IMG/VR virus record: IMGVR_UViG_3300029823_000290
Coordinates: 1-59,649 of that record
DNA from: a virus
Lineage: Duplodnaviria; Caudoviricetes
DNA: 59,649 nucleotides
Reading direction: 5' to 3' (one strand)
Positions 9,355-19,850 of the stretch are shown here, piece by piece. Position numbers and translations under genes: made by a program. A model generated the notes under the pieces. It was not told where the DNA came from. It saw nothing but the letters and a program-made list of their open reading frames with translations, and did no database searches. How positions within the stretch are numbered: the stretch's first letter is position 1; the number at the start of each line of letters is the position of its first letter.

Positions 9355-9504
9355 TTATGCTACTTCTGTATTTATGATTACTGCTTTTCCATCTGGTTTA
9401 ATAAAAATCAGCGTCTTGCAGCCTTTGTAGACAATTTCTACGACGCCAGCTTTCTCATCCAGGCGGCAGACCAGCTTGCCGCGAGCGTTTCGGATATCTC
9501 GCAT
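9355..9504 (-). CDS. Small hypothetical phage protein (49 aa, not in the ORF track)
   Basis: AAAGGAG RBS; MRDIRNARGKLVCRLDEKAGVVEIVYKGCKTLIFIKPDGKAVIINTEVA. Confidence 0.65.
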   Translation of the reverse strand: MRDIRNARGKLVCRLDEKAGVVEIVYKGCKTLIFIKPDGKAVIINTEVA

Positions 9505-9681
9505 CTCGACGCATCTCCTTTCCATGAAAAGTACGGCTTGTCTGACCGTCTATATTGATTTTATTGGCTCAAGCACGGTGAGTCCTCAGCTACAGCTCCG
9601 CTATCACTCCGCTATTACTCAGCAAATTTTCATTTGTTTTTATCGCAGAAAATTGGACTAAGCATTTGCAAAGATTAAATT

Positions 9682-9729
9682 AACATATTTAAATTTATGT
9701 TTTTTATTTGCTTAGTTATTTGCTATAAT
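9682..9729 (+). promoter_or_regulatory. Putative operator palindrome and extended -10 promoter of the xre/defence operon
   Basis: AACATA-N8-TATGTT at 9682-9701; TGCTATAAT at 9721-9729. Confidence 0.5.
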
Positions 9730-9778
9730 TAGGTAACAACTTATTTTAAGAGCGTCCAGAATGCTTGGAGGCGATATA

Positions 9779-9997
9779 ATGGCATTTAGTTATAACAAGC
9801 TTTGGAAACTATTAATTGATAAAAAGATGATGAAAAAAGACTTGATGGCAAAGACGAATCTGACATCAACTACGATAGCGAAGATGAGTAAGGACTTGCC
9901 GGTAAGCATGGACGTATTAGCCAGAATCTGTAAGGCTCTTGATGTGAACATTGGTGATATTGTTGACTATGTCGATGATGATGCATCGAATTCTTAG
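9779..9997 (+). CDS. Xre/Cro-C1 HTH transcriptional regulator
   Basis: MAFSYNKLWKLLIDK...ICKALDVNIGDIV; GGAGG RBS. Confidence 0.9.
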   Translation: MAFSYNKLWKLLIDKKMMKKDLMAKTNLTSTTIAKMSKDLPVSMDVLARICKALDVNIGDIVDYVDDDASNS

Positions 9998-10020
9998 ATT
10001 TAATTAAGGGGGCGCAATTT

Positions 10021-11259
10021 ATGAAAAAGCTGTGCTTTGGTTCTTACGCAACGGTTTTAACGCTTTGTAAAGCAAAAAGCGTTACGCAAAAGCGGTTGTG
10101 TGGCACCATCTTGCTTTCTATTGCGCCAAATTATGATATTCGTGAAGATGATGGCACTACTTCAGATTTGGTTCGTGGTAAGAAAAATCTATCGCCTATC
10201 GTGACTGAAAATGCCCCAACAGTGGACTTGCGTACTGTTGCTGATTATTTCAAACATAATATCCTATCTCTCCTGGACAGCAACAAAAGGAGCCACATCG
10301 TTCTTGCGTTGAAGGATATCGTCGCTTCTGATGACACAATCGAGCCTGATACAATTGTGGAAAGAGTTAACGGAATGACAAAAGCAACTATTGCAGGACG
10401 TAATGCTTTTGTATTAGAAGACTTTCTGGCCGGGCTTTTCCTATATACGGTGGTCAATGTAGAAAACCGCAACTGTCAAGAAAGCATAAGAGAGATAACC
10501 GGTGAGTACATACAGTCCTTTGACACACAAAAAACGAGCATAGACTTTCTTACGGCATACAGCAATTTCTCAATGGGGATCGCCGATGAAATAGCGATTA
10601 ACACTCGCGCTTTGGTTTTACTAACAGAGACAGGCGGCAAATGTCAAAAATGTGGGAGACCATTAGGCATAAAAAAAGAAGGTAACGACGTTAATTACGC
10701 TAAAGTCGTTCACCTTTCTGAAACTGATGATGTTATTCTATGTGTTGACTGTGAACGCGAAATGCAAAATGCCTCAGAAGACGATAAATTGGCTTTATTA
10801 TCGGACAAACATTATTTAGAAAATCTTACGGCGGCAAGGAATGCAACGTCACTATATACATTGCAAAATCAAATTGAAGATGTGCTTCGTGAAGTAAACT
10901 TAATGGATGTTACAGATGATACACGTCTCAAAATAGAACCTGTCAAGGTTGAAAAGAAAGTCACTGAAAAGCGGTTGAAAGAGCGTGTGCTTTTTGATGT
11001 TACGCAGTTGTATGAAGGCGTTAATAATGCGTTAGATCGATTGGCAGGAGAAAACAAGCTAAACGTTGATAAGTTTGCTAAAAGTATTAAGCGGATGTAT
11101 GAAGATGCAAGCGAATCGCTTCCCTCCCAAAGTGCCATTTATAATCTGCTCGTTGAAACATTGTTTGAAAAGACTGGCCGCAAATACAAAGAAGCCTGTG
11201 AAATAATAATCTCCTACTTCGTGCAAAGGTGTGAGGTATTCGATGAGATTGCCGAATAA
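10021..11259 (+). CDS. ABC-three-component (Lamassu LmuA-like) effector with a degenerate HNH-type Zn module
   Basis: CQKC...LCVDC and a C-terminal YFVQRCEVF motif typical of ABC-3C CTDs; followed by a small middle component and an SMC-like ATPase. Confidence 0.75.
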   Translation: MKKLCFGSYATVLTLCKAKSVTQKRLCGTILLSIAPNYDIREDDGTTSDLVRGKKNLSPIVTENAPTVDLRTVADYFKHNILSLLDSNKRSHIVLALKDIVASDDTIEPDTIVERVNGMTKATIAGRNAFVLEDFLAGLFLYTVVNVENRNCQESIREITGEYIQSFDTQKTSIDFLTAYSNFSMGIADEIAINTRALVLLTETGGKCQKCGRPLGIKKEGNDVNYAKVVHLSETDDVILCVDCEREMQNASEDDKLALLSDKHYLENLTAARNATSLYTLQNQIEDVLREVNLMDVTDDTRLKIEPVKVEKKVTEKRLKERVLFDVTQLYEGVNNALDRLAGENKLNVDKFAKSIKRMYEDASESLPSQSAIYNLLVETLFEKTGRKYKEACEIIISYFVQRCEVFDEIAE

Positions 11260-11482
11260 AGTTACATCTTATACAAACAGCGTTATCGCCCGTTTTCCAG
11301 ATATCTTAGAAGTATTGACGCAGCGAGATATGTCTCCTAAAGAGCTGTTTGAACTAACCACATCAGGGAAGAATGATATGGGCGATTTTCTAAGTGCTTT
11401 AGACTGCTTGTTTGCATTGGGGAAAATTGAACTAATCGATGAAGGGAGGGTACTACGCTATGTTGACAGAAATTCGATGTGA
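11243..11482 (+). CDS. ABC-three-component middle component (LmuC-like)
   Basis: MRLPNK...ALDCLFALGKIEL; 79 aa; overlaps both neighbours. Confidence 0.75.
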   Translation: MRLPNKVTSYTNSVIARFPDILEVLTQRDMSPKELFELTTSGKNDMGDFLSALDCLFALGKIELIDEGRVLRYVDRNSM

Positions 11483-13112
11483 TAAATTTGCACCTGGGCA
11501 TCAAAACATCCAATTTAATTCAGGACTTAATACGGTTTTAGGTAGTGCTGGCGGCAGTAATGCCATCGGCAAATCAACATTCCTGTGGATTATCGACTAT
11601 GCATTCGGCGGTGAAGGCTACTACACCCTTTCTGATGACATTAAAAAAGAGATCGGCCCTCATACCATTTATTTCACTTTTCAATTTGAAGGACAGCCAC
11701 ATTACTTTTACCGGAGAACCGATGAACCTAAAAATGTATATCGCTGTGATAAAGAAGGCCATTTCATTACAAAGTTGTCGCTTGATGAATTTCGGAGCTT
11801 TCTCTTTCAGGAATACAAGGTTGGACTTCCAGCCCTTACATTTTCGGAGATTACAGAGCGGTATTTTCGTATTTATGGCCGGGAAAATACACTGGAGAAG
11901 TACCCCCTGCTCGTAAAGCCTCGTGAACAGGATGAAAAAGCAGTTGATTTTCTGATGAAACTATTTGGTCACTACAATATTCTTTCTGCCATTAGGAACA
12001 TGGAGGAAGAACTTGGTGTCAAATCCTCGCAGCTTAAATCGCGTAAGCGTCAGCAGGTTGACACCGCAAAAATTGAAATGAATCAGAAGACTATAGAGTC
12101 ACTGAAGAAAAGGCTCCAGAAGCTAATGAAAAACAGTGAAGAGGCCCAATTAGCGCTGTTTGGGTTTGATACACAGACATTTGAACGGATAAAAGCGGCT
12201 CAAAAAGAGTTGAATAAATTCATCCGCAAACGCAATCGTCTGCAGTCTCAGCTTAATGCAATTTCGAGTAACATCGCTGACACTAATCCTGAAACCGCCA
12301 GTGAATTTGATTCCCTGGTGCATTTTTTCCCAAATACTGATATAAAAGCCTTCGAGGAAATTGAGCACTTTCATAAGAGAATAAGAGAAATTCTGGGCGA
12401 AGAAATGGCTCAGGAAATAGCACGTTTGCAACCGCTCATTGATCATTGCGATAAAGAAATCAAACGTTTACATCAAAAGATAGAGGAATCCGGTTTGGCA
12501 AAAGAGATGTCGGAACGAGTCCTCTCCCAATGTGTCAACGTGTCAAAAAGCATTGATAGACTAGAAGAGGAAACAGCCGAGTTGATTCACCAGAAACAAT
12601 TGCAGGAAATCCGCGCCGAAGCAGAGCACAAGCTAGAAAGACTATTGCTACAACAAACCGAGAAGCTGGAAGAAATACAGGACAACATCAACCTACGTAT
12701 GGCAACGATAAATGGTGTAGTGACTGAACACCAAGAAATAGCACCCATTCTGCAGATTACTCCCCAAAAGGAAATCACCTTCGAGACTCCTGGAAACACC
12801 AGTGAGGGTACTGCGTTTAAGAGCCTGGTGGTTTACGATTTAAGTGTGCTTGAGTTACGGCCAATCCCTGTACTCATTCATGATTCTAATATTCTCAAAC
12901 GCATTGAGGACATACACCTAGAACACATATTGGAACGTTATCAGGCCAGTGGACGACAGATCTTTATTGCGTTTGACAAAGCTGATTCTACAACCACAAA
13001 GGCACACAAGATTTTAGAAGCTACAACGATTTTGCGGTTGTCGGATGGAAATGAGCTTTTTGGTCGTTCGTGGAGTAAGCACGAAACGAATGATATTAAT
13101 GGGGGGATCTAA
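11460..13112 (+). CDS. SMC/Rad50-like ABC ATPase (DUF2326, Lamassu LmuB-like)
   Basis: Walker A NAIGKST, long coiled coil, signature SEGTAF, Walker B VLIHDS. Confidence 0.85.
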   Translation: MLTEIRCDKFAPGHQNIQFNSGLNTVLGSAGGSNAIGKSTFLWIIDYAFGGEGYYTLSDDIKKEIGPHTIYFTFQFEGQPHYFYRRTDEPKNVYRCDKEGHFITKLSLDEFRSFLFQEYKVGLPALTFSEITERYFRIYGRENTLEKYPLLVKPREQDEKAVDFLMKLFGHYNILSAIRNMEEELGVKSSQLKSRKRQQVDTAKIEMNQKTIESLKKRLQKLMKNSEEAQLALFGFDTQTFERIKAAQKELNKFIRKRNRLQSQLNAISSNIADTNPETASEFDSLVHFFPNTDIKAFEEIEHFHKRIREILGEEMAQEIARLQPLIDHCDKEIKRLHQKIEESGLAKEMSERVLSQCVNVSKSIDRLEEETAELIHQKQLQEIRAEAEHKLERLLLQQTEKLEEIQDNINLRMATINGVVTEHQEIAPILQITPQKEITFETPGNTSEGTAFKSLVVYDLSVLELRPIPVLIHDSNILKRIEDIHLEHILERYQASGRQIFIAFDKADSTTTKAHKILEATTILRLSDGNELFGRSWSKHETNDINGGI

Positions 13113-13115
13113 AAT

Positions 13116-15566
13116 ATGGCTGCAATCAACGATTTAATAAGGCAAATCCCTGATACGTCTTTACGTATTCGCTTGGAACAGGAAGTTGCTCGCCTATCTA
13201 AGAATAAAAAATTTGGACTAGTTTTCGAAGAACACATCCCTGAATGTACTCCGCTTTATGATGTTGCTGTCAAACTTGGCTCGACCGTTGCACGAAAAAC
13301 AGGACACATCAATGATTTTTATACAGTGGTGAAATTAAATGGCGATACTGCCCTTTGCCGTAAAAAGATAACAGGCGATGCTGTGGCCATCCCACTTACG
13401 GAACTTGTTTCGGTTGCCCAATTTGGCGAGCCGATATTTCCTATGCTCCAACCGATTGAATCTGTAGAAAATGCGCCTGATAGTAATCTATGGCACACAC
13501 TCATTGAAGCAGACAACTACCACGCTCTCCAATTGCTGGAATACCTATACCCCAAACAGGTAGATTGCATCTACATCGACCCGCCATACAACACAGGGGC
13601 AAAAGATTGGAAATACAACAATGACTATGTGGATTCCTCTGATAGCTGGCGTCATAGCAAGTGGCTGTCAATGATGCAGAAGCGGCTGAGGATTGCGAAG
13701 AGGATTTTGAACCCAGACACAGGTGTTCTCATCGTCACCATTGACGAACACGAGGTGCATCACCTTCGAATTCTGTTAGAACAACTTTTTCCAGAGTTTT
13801 ATATCCAAATGGTAACAGTTGTGATAAACCCTAAAGGGGTTACTCAGGGACGCTTTTCGCGGGTAGAGGAATATATAGTGTATTGCTTTGCTCCTAACGC
13901 ATTTGTTGCTGACAACGATGATAATTTGCTAAACCCACCTATCCCCAACAGAAAACCACGTTGGAAGGGTTTGCTACGTTCAGGAACAGATGCAAATAGA
14001 AGCGACCGGGAAAGTATGTTTTATCCTGTGCTGGTTGATAGTGAGCGACAAGCTGTTGTAAAGGCGGGTAATTACTTACCTTTATCGCAATCACCGGTTC
14101 TTGGTGAAAAGATTGAAGGCTATGAAGTCGCGTGGCCTATTAGAAAAGATGGTTCATTTGGAAGATGGAGTGTTGGTAGCGACACGTTAAACAACCTGAT
14201 TTCCAAAGGATACGTAGCTTGTGGAAAATATGATTCACAACGTAGAACTTGGGGAATTTCGTACATAAGTCAACCAAATCAACAACAAATTGAGCGTGGC
14301 GGTATCCGAATTGTCGGTCGTGACCCGATTACTAATGTTGTTACCATTGAATATGCTAGGGATGATACTCGTGTAATTAAAACGGTATGGCACCGCTCTT
14401 ATCATGACGCTGGGGCTTATGGTTCTGACATGGTTTCAAGTATTGTAGGTCAGTCAAGAGCATTTTCTTTCCCGAAATCACTTTATTCTACTAAAGATGC
14501 AATTATGGCAGTTGTTCGAAATAATAAAAAAGCCCTTATCGTTGATTTCTTTGCCGGAAGTGGTACAACTCTCCATGCCGTGAATCTGTTGAACGTTGAG
14601 GATAACGGCCAAAGACGGTGCATATTGGTCACAAATAATGAGGTTTCAGTTGACGAGGCACGGGATTTACAAAGAAATGGCTACCAACCAGGTGACCTCG
14701 AATGGGAAAAACACGGAATTTGCCGCGCTGTAACTTGGCCGAGGATAAAATATAGCATTCTTGGCAAACGTGACGATGGCACAGTTCTAACAGGAGAGTA
14801 CTTTACGAACCACACCGTAACAAAGGAAGTTGATCGTTCATTCTATCAGCTCGGCTTTGTAGAGAACCCCACAGAACTAACAACCAATGCTAAAAAGCAG
14901 CTTGTTTCCTTGCTTCGTGGCAAGGATGGAAAGGCACAACTGCCGCAAACGTTGGTAAAAGTGGGCAGCAAATTTATTGTTTCGGATAAACATTCAGCGT
15001 CGGTTTTATTTGATATAAACGCTGTTGATGAATGGCTTGAAGCGTTGGAAGATCAAGACCACATCACAGACTTTTACATATTGGTCAAAGAGACCGCGAG
15101 ATTCAAAGAAATTAAAGCACTGGTTACTGATTTGCTTGGTCCCATTAGCGAGACAACACAAGAGAAGCGCCCCATGAGTGAGGGCTTCCCTGCCAATGTC
15201 GAATATTTTAAACTTGGTTTTTTGGATAAAAACAGCGTGTCGTTGGGACAGCAGTTTCATGAAATACTACCACTGCTGTGGCTGAAATCTGGTGCACTTG
15301 GTAAGCGACCTGAACTGAGCAGCAATGAAGAACCAGAAATGTTAATTCTTCCACGGAACGGCTTTGCTGTTCTGGTTGATGAAACAAAGTTTGCTGAGTT
15401 TGCCGAAAAGCTCTCGGAAGAAGATAAAATCAGGGTGGTCTATTTCGTAACAAACTCCGAGGACGCCTTCCGTGAAATGACCGCTGGCATAAAAGTAAAT
15501 AAAACATACCAACTATACCGCGATTATATCGACAACTTTGTGTTGGGGAGCAGGAGGGATTCATAA
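13116..15566 (+). CDS. Adenine DNA methyltransferase, type III R-M Mod-like
   Basis: IYIDPPYNTG precedes DFFAGSGTT (beta class); FPKS motif; KKFGLVFEEH N-terminus. Confidence 0.9.
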   Translation: MAAINDLIRQIPDTSLRIRLEQEVARLSKNKKFGLVFEEHIPECTPLYDVAVKLGSTVARKTGHINDFYTVVKLNGDTALCRKKITGDAVAIPLTELVSVAQFGEPIFPMLQPIESVENAPDSNLWHTLIEADNYHALQLLEYLYPKQVDCIYIDPPYNTGAKDWKYNNDYVDSSDSWRHSKWLSMMQKRLRIAKRILNPDTGVLIVTIDEHEVHHLRILLEQLFPEFYIQMVTVVINPKGVTQGRFSRVEEYIVYCFAPNAFVADNDDNLLNPPIPNRKPRWKGLLRSGTDANRSDRESMFYPVLVDSERQAVVKAGNYLPLSQSPVLGEKIEGYEVAWPIRKDGSFGRWSVGSDTLNNLISKGYVACGKYDSQRRTWGISYISQPNQQQIERGGIRIVGRDPITNVVTIEYARDDTRVIKTVWHRSYHDAGAYGSDMVSSIVGQSRAFSFPKSLYSTKDAIMAVVRNNKKALIVDFFAGSGTTLHAVNLLNVEDNGQRRCILVTNNEVSVDEARDLQRNGYQPGDLEWEKHGICRAVTWPRIKYSILGKRDDGTVLTGEYFTNHTVTKEVDRSFYQLGFVENPTELTTNAKKQLVSLLRGKDGKAQLPQTLVKVGSKFIVSDKHSASVLFDINAVDEWLEALEDQDHITDFYILVKETARFKEIKALVTDLLGPISETTQEKRPMSEGFPANVEYFKLGFLDKNSVSLGQQFHEILPLLWLKSGALGKRPELSSNEEPEMLILPRNGFAVLVDETKFAEFAEKLSEEDKIRVVYFVTNSEDAFREMTAGIKVNKTYQLYRDYIDNFVLGSRRDS

Positions 15567-18074
15567 ATGAGAGATACATTATTTCCGTTTCAGGAAACAG
15601 CCCTTGCTGAATTGCATGAAAAGATCAATAAAGCACACTTGATGTGGAGCGAACGTGACCCACAAGTAATTTCCTTTTCCGCACCTACAGGTTCGGGAAA
15701 AACAATCATCATGACCACACTCTTTGAAGAAATTCTATTTGGGAGTGCAGATAACATTGGCGAGCCGAAGTCAGTGTTTGTTTGGCTTTCCGATTCACCG
15801 GAACTTAATGAGCAAACGCGGCTAAAAATTGAAAGCAAGTCTGATAAAATCCGTGTACGGGATTTAGTTACTATTGATGCAAACTTTAGCGCCGAGTATC
15901 TTGAAGGTGGCCGCATCTATTTTCTGAACACACAAAAACTAGGTTCTGACAAACTATTGACGGCAAATTCCGATACACGGCAGTATTCAATTTGGGAAAC
16001 ACTTACCAACACTGCCATGCGTAATCCAAAGCAGTTTTATGTGGTGATTGATGAAGCGCACAGGGGCACCTATACATCCGTTCAAGCGGAGAACAAGGCA
16101 CAGTCCATCATGCAGAAATTCATTAAAGGTAGCGAGGATGACGGGCTATGCATTATGCCTCTTGTTATCGGTGTAACTGCAACCCCTCAGAGATTTGATA
16201 ATTTAATTGCTGGAACTACATCGACAGTTCAGAAAGTCATCGTTCCTCCTGAGCATGTGCGTGATTCCGGACTTTTAAAGGACAGAATCATCATTCATTT
16301 CCCGGATATTCAACTAAGTGCCGAAATGACCATGTTCAAGGGTGCAGTAGAAAATTGGCTTAAAAAGTGCTCTCACTGGAAAGCTTACTGTGAACGCGAA
16401 AACGAGAAAATGGTAAATCCTATTCTCGTTGTTCAAGTCGAAGATGGCAACGAACGCGAAGTAACCCATACTGATATTGGGGCTTGTATTGATTTACTTG
16501 AGGAATCACTGGGGCGCAAATTACTGCCTGGTGAAGTGGTACATACCTTTAATGACCGTGGCACGATTAAAGTACGTGACGTCGAAATTCAGCAAATCGA
16601 GGCCTCTCGAATTGAAGACGAAGAAAATGTGAAGGTAGTATTCTTCAAAATGAACCTTTCCACAGGCTGGGACTGTCCACGTGCTGAAACGATGATGTCG
16701 TTCCGCAGTGCACAAGACTATACTTATATTGCGCAGCTTTTAGGTCGTATGATTCGCACTCCTTTAGCGAGAAGAATTGCCTCCGATGCTGAACTTAATA
16801 GCGTGAGCCTTTTTCTTCCGTACTTTGACGAAGATACAGTGAAAAATGTGGTTAATGCTCTACGCGATAGTGAGTCGGCTATGCCCGCCGAAACAGGTAC
16901 TAACAAAGAACTTGTTACACTTGGTCGCAATCTTGCCTATGCCGATGTGTTTGATGCAATGGATAACCTCGTCACTTACCGGATAGATTCATCTCGCAAA
17001 CAGGCACCTCTTAAGTTACTAATACAGCTTTCCCGAGCACTGACGATGGACGGCATTGATTTAGGAGCGCAGAAAACAGTTAAACATGCAGTTCTATCAA
17101 AAATGGATGAGGAAATTGCGCGGATAAAAGAAAGCGGAGAATTTAACAGCCGAGCTGCTGCGATCACCGGATTTGCTCTGGGTACACTGATATTTGAGTA
17201 CGGAGACAATGCCTATTCCTTTGACGAAGCAACACAGACCATGACAGTATCGGATTTCGATATTTCACGACATTTTGAACAGGCCGGAAAGCTGTTGGGC
17301 GAAGGCCTGCACAAAGAATATTGGATTCGGCACAGTAGCCGTGACCATATCGATATAAAAAAGGAGATCATCGTTCTTACAAACGACACGGACGCAATGG
17401 AACGAATAGAAGCCTTTGCAGAGGAAAAATTCATTAATCTCTACGAAGGCAATAAGCGCTCCATTGCAAAATTAAACGAGGCACGAAAAAATTTTTATGA
17501 AAGGTTAATCAATGCTTCTGTACAACCGATAGCTGTGCCATGGGTATTACCCGATTCAATCGATTTCTCTGTGCCAGATGATAGCATTAAGTTTGAACAG
17601 CACCTATATTGTTCCGAGGACGGTACATTCCAAACATCACTAAACCAATGGGAGAGCGGAGTTATTAAAGAAGAACTTAAAAACGGTGCCGTCTGCTGGT
17701 TACGTAATCTCGACCGTAAAAAGTGGTCACTTGAAATACCGTATGAAGTTAGCGGTATTACCACTTCTATGTTCCCGGATTTAGTGGTTGTTAGAGCAGA
17801 TGCACAGGGTTACGTTTTCGATATTCTGGAACCACATGACCCCAGTCGTAAGGATAATTACCCCAAGGCTGTAGGCTTGGCGAAATTTGCCGAGAAACAC
17901 TGGGATAAATTTGGCAGAATTCAGCTCATTCGTCTAAAAAAAGGTGTAGATGGTCACGAACATTTCTATCGATTGGATATGGGAAAAACAACAGTCAGAA
18001 ATAAGGTTCGCGGTATTACGTCAAACGAGGAGCTTGATAGAATTTTTGAGGCAGATGCTATACGTGAAGACTAA
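15567..18074 (+). CDS. Type III restriction Res-like SF2 helicase-nuclease
   Basis: APTGSGKT, IDEAH, TATP, GWDCPRA and QLLGRMIR motifs; C-terminal FPDLVV...ILEPH nuclease motif; abuts Mod. Confidence 0.88.
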   Translation: MRDTLFPFQETALAELHEKINKAHLMWSERDPQVISFSAPTGSGKTIIMTTLFEEILFGSADNIGEPKSVFVWLSDSPELNEQTRLKIESKSDKIRVRDLVTIDANFSAEYLEGGRIYFLNTQKLGSDKLLTANSDTRQYSIWETLTNTAMRNPKQFYVVIDEAHRGTYTSVQAENKAQSIMQKFIKGSEDDGLCIMPLVIGVTATPQRFDNLIAGTTSTVQKVIVPPEHVRDSGLLKDRIIIHFPDIQLSAEMTMFKGAVENWLKKCSHWKAYCERENEKMVNPILVVQVEDGNEREVTHTDIGACIDLLEESLGRKLLPGEVVHTFNDRGTIKVRDVEIQQIEASRIEDEENVKVVFFKMNLSTGWDCPRAETMMSFRSAQDYTYIAQLLGRMIRTPLARRIASDAELNSVSLFLPYFDEDTVKNVVNALRDSESAMPAETGTNKELVTLGRNLAYADVFDAMDNLVTYRIDSSRKQAPLKLLIQLSRALTMDGIDLGAQKTVKHAVLSKMDEEIARIKESGEFNSRAAAITGFALGTLIFEYGDNAYSFDEATQTMTVSDFDISRHFEQAGKLLGEGLHKEYWIRHSSRDHIDIKKEIIVLTNDTDAMERIEAFAEEKFINLYEGNKRSIAKLNEARKNFYERLINASVQPIAVPWVLPDSIDFSVPDDSIKFEQHLYCSEDGTFQTSLNQWESGVIKEELKNGAVCWLRNLDRKKWSLEIPYEVSGITTSMFPDLVVVRADAQGYVFDILEPHDPSRKDNYPKAVGLAKFAEKHWDKFGRIQLIRLKKGVDGHEHFYRLDMGKTTVRNKVRGITSNEELDRIFEADAIRED

Positions 18075-18122
18075 ATCTCTATCGGTTTTAGCCTTAGCAA
18101 TACGGTGCTGGAAGGAGATTAT

Positions 18123-19850
18123 ATGAAAATAACCTATGTACGGGTTTCTAATTATAGGAATATTGATGGTATCACCGTCAACTTCCATCCGGAACATAAT
18201 TACATTATCGGAGAAAACAACCTTGGGAAAAGCAACTTTCTATCTCTCCTCAGTACTGTGTGTAGTGGTAAGGGCTTTGATGATAAGGACTTCTATAATT
18301 CTGAAAAGCCCATCGAGGTTGAAATGGAAGTCAAGTTATCGCCAAACGAACAAGGCTTCTTCGGCGACAACTTCTCCCCTGATGATGCCTCATTGGTGAA
18401 AATGCGGTATCGTCAGACGATAAAAGAGGCATACCCCACTATTGTTAGTGCCGATTCCAACGAGAGTATTCAGATAAAGCAATTAAGAAAAATCAACTTC
18501 TTGAAATATGAAACAACGTCCATTCCAAGTAGAGAGTTGCGCCTGGACACGCAGAAAGGCGCAGGCTTGCTGATTAATGGCATCATCGAGAGATTCATAA
18601 CGAGCGATGAGGAAACCCCTACCTTTCTGAATAATGAGCAGGTAGACAAATTGACGGAATTTATAAACGGGCATCTGGGCAAAATTCGCAGCTTTAGGGA
18701 TTACGCTATAAAAGCGACTGTTGCCCCTAACCCTACTGAGATGTTGACCAGCCTGTATTACCTATCAGATGGCGACAGGAAAATTGACACAACGGGTAGC
18801 GGTGTTCAGTATATGGCTATGGCTTCGATTAACATCTTATGCCAGATTATGGAGCTGTATAAAAGCAAATCTGCACCATTTAATGAACAGCTTTTCAGAG
18901 ACAATGATGGAAAAATGCTTTTACCGATTGTTCTATCAATTGATGAGCCAGAAGTTCATCTACACCCTTATCTCCAGCGTTCGCTCATTGGCTATTACAA
19001 ACGAATTCTGCAAAATGAGGATGCTGAATTTGCCGAGTTGCTGAAGCTGTGCTTCGGAATTGACGGCATTGATGGTCAGCTTATTGTTGTCACACACTCA
19101 ACAGACGCTTTGGTTGGGGACTACCGCAACCTCATCCGCTTTTATAAGGAAGAGAACAAAACGGCAGTAGTTAGTGGTGCCACACTTAGATTCACCTCAG
19201 CAAACGAGAAACATATGATTATGCGTTTCCCCGAAATAAAGGAGGCGTTTTACGCCCATTGTGCCGTGTTGATTGAGGGTGAAACCGAATATGGTTGCAT
19301 TCATAGTTTTGCCGAAAAACTTGGCGTATCGCTAGATGATTATGGCATCTGCGTTATAAATGCAAGAGGCAAAGAGTCAATCAAACCACTTCGCCAATTA
19401 CTGGAAAAATTTAAAATCCCAAGCATAGCTATCTATGACGGTGATGTTAGGACTGGACATACCCCAGCTAATAACGAGTTTTTCACACAAGAACTCTGCT
19501 TTGAAATTGAAATTGTTAAGAAACTATTTTTAAATGGTCAAACTGCCCTGGTAAGGAAAATTGCTAAGGATTTATCCAGCAATGCAGAGTCTGTCGAAAT
19601 GGATGCCGATTTCGTGCGGAAGCACTTCAAAAAGATGGGTATTGATATGACAGGCTATGTACCTAAGAAGCTATCAGATGTCAATGATGATGATGAGATT
19701 GAGTTCTGCCAAATGTACTCCGCTTGGTTTATGGCAAAGAAGGATGTTCTCCTGGGACGGATTATCGGCGAATTGCTACCAGCTGACCTCATACCTGCTT
19801 GTTATGCCGATGCAATTTTCAAGGCGCGGGAGGTGGCGAGCATTGCCTAA
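18123..19850 (+). CDS. OLD-family ABC ATPase/TOPRIM nuclease (Gabija GajA-like)
   Basis: GENNLGKS, GSGVQ, IDEPEVHLHP and VTHS motifs; TOPRIM LIEGETE and YDGD. Confidence 0.88.
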   Translation: MKITYVRVSNYRNIDGITVNFHPEHNYIIGENNLGKSNFLSLLSTVCSGKGFDDKDFYNSEKPIEVEMEVKLSPNEQGFFGDNFSPDDASLVKMRYRQTIKEAYPTIVSADSNESIQIKQLRKINFLKYETTSIPSRELRLDTQKGAGLLINGIIERFITSDEETPTFLNNEQVDKLTEFINGHLGKIRSFRDYAIKATVAPNPTEMLTSLYYLSDGDRKIDTTGSGVQYMAMASINILCQIMELYKSKSAPFNEQLFRDNDGKMLLPIVLSIDEPEVHLHPYLQRSLIGYYKRILQNEDAEFAELLKLCFGIDGIDGQLIVVTHSTDALVGDYRNLIRFYKEENKTAVVSGATLRFTSANEKHMIMRFPEIKEAFYAHCAVLIEGETEYGCIHSFAEKLGVSLDDYGICVINARGKESIKPLRQLLEKFKIPSIAIYDGDVRTGHTPANNEFFTQELCFEIEIVKKLFLNGQTALVRKIAKDLSSNAESVEMDADFVRKHFKKMGIDMTGYVPKKLSDVNDDDEIEFCQMYSAWFMAKKDVLLGRIIGELLPADLIPACYADAIFKAREVASIA

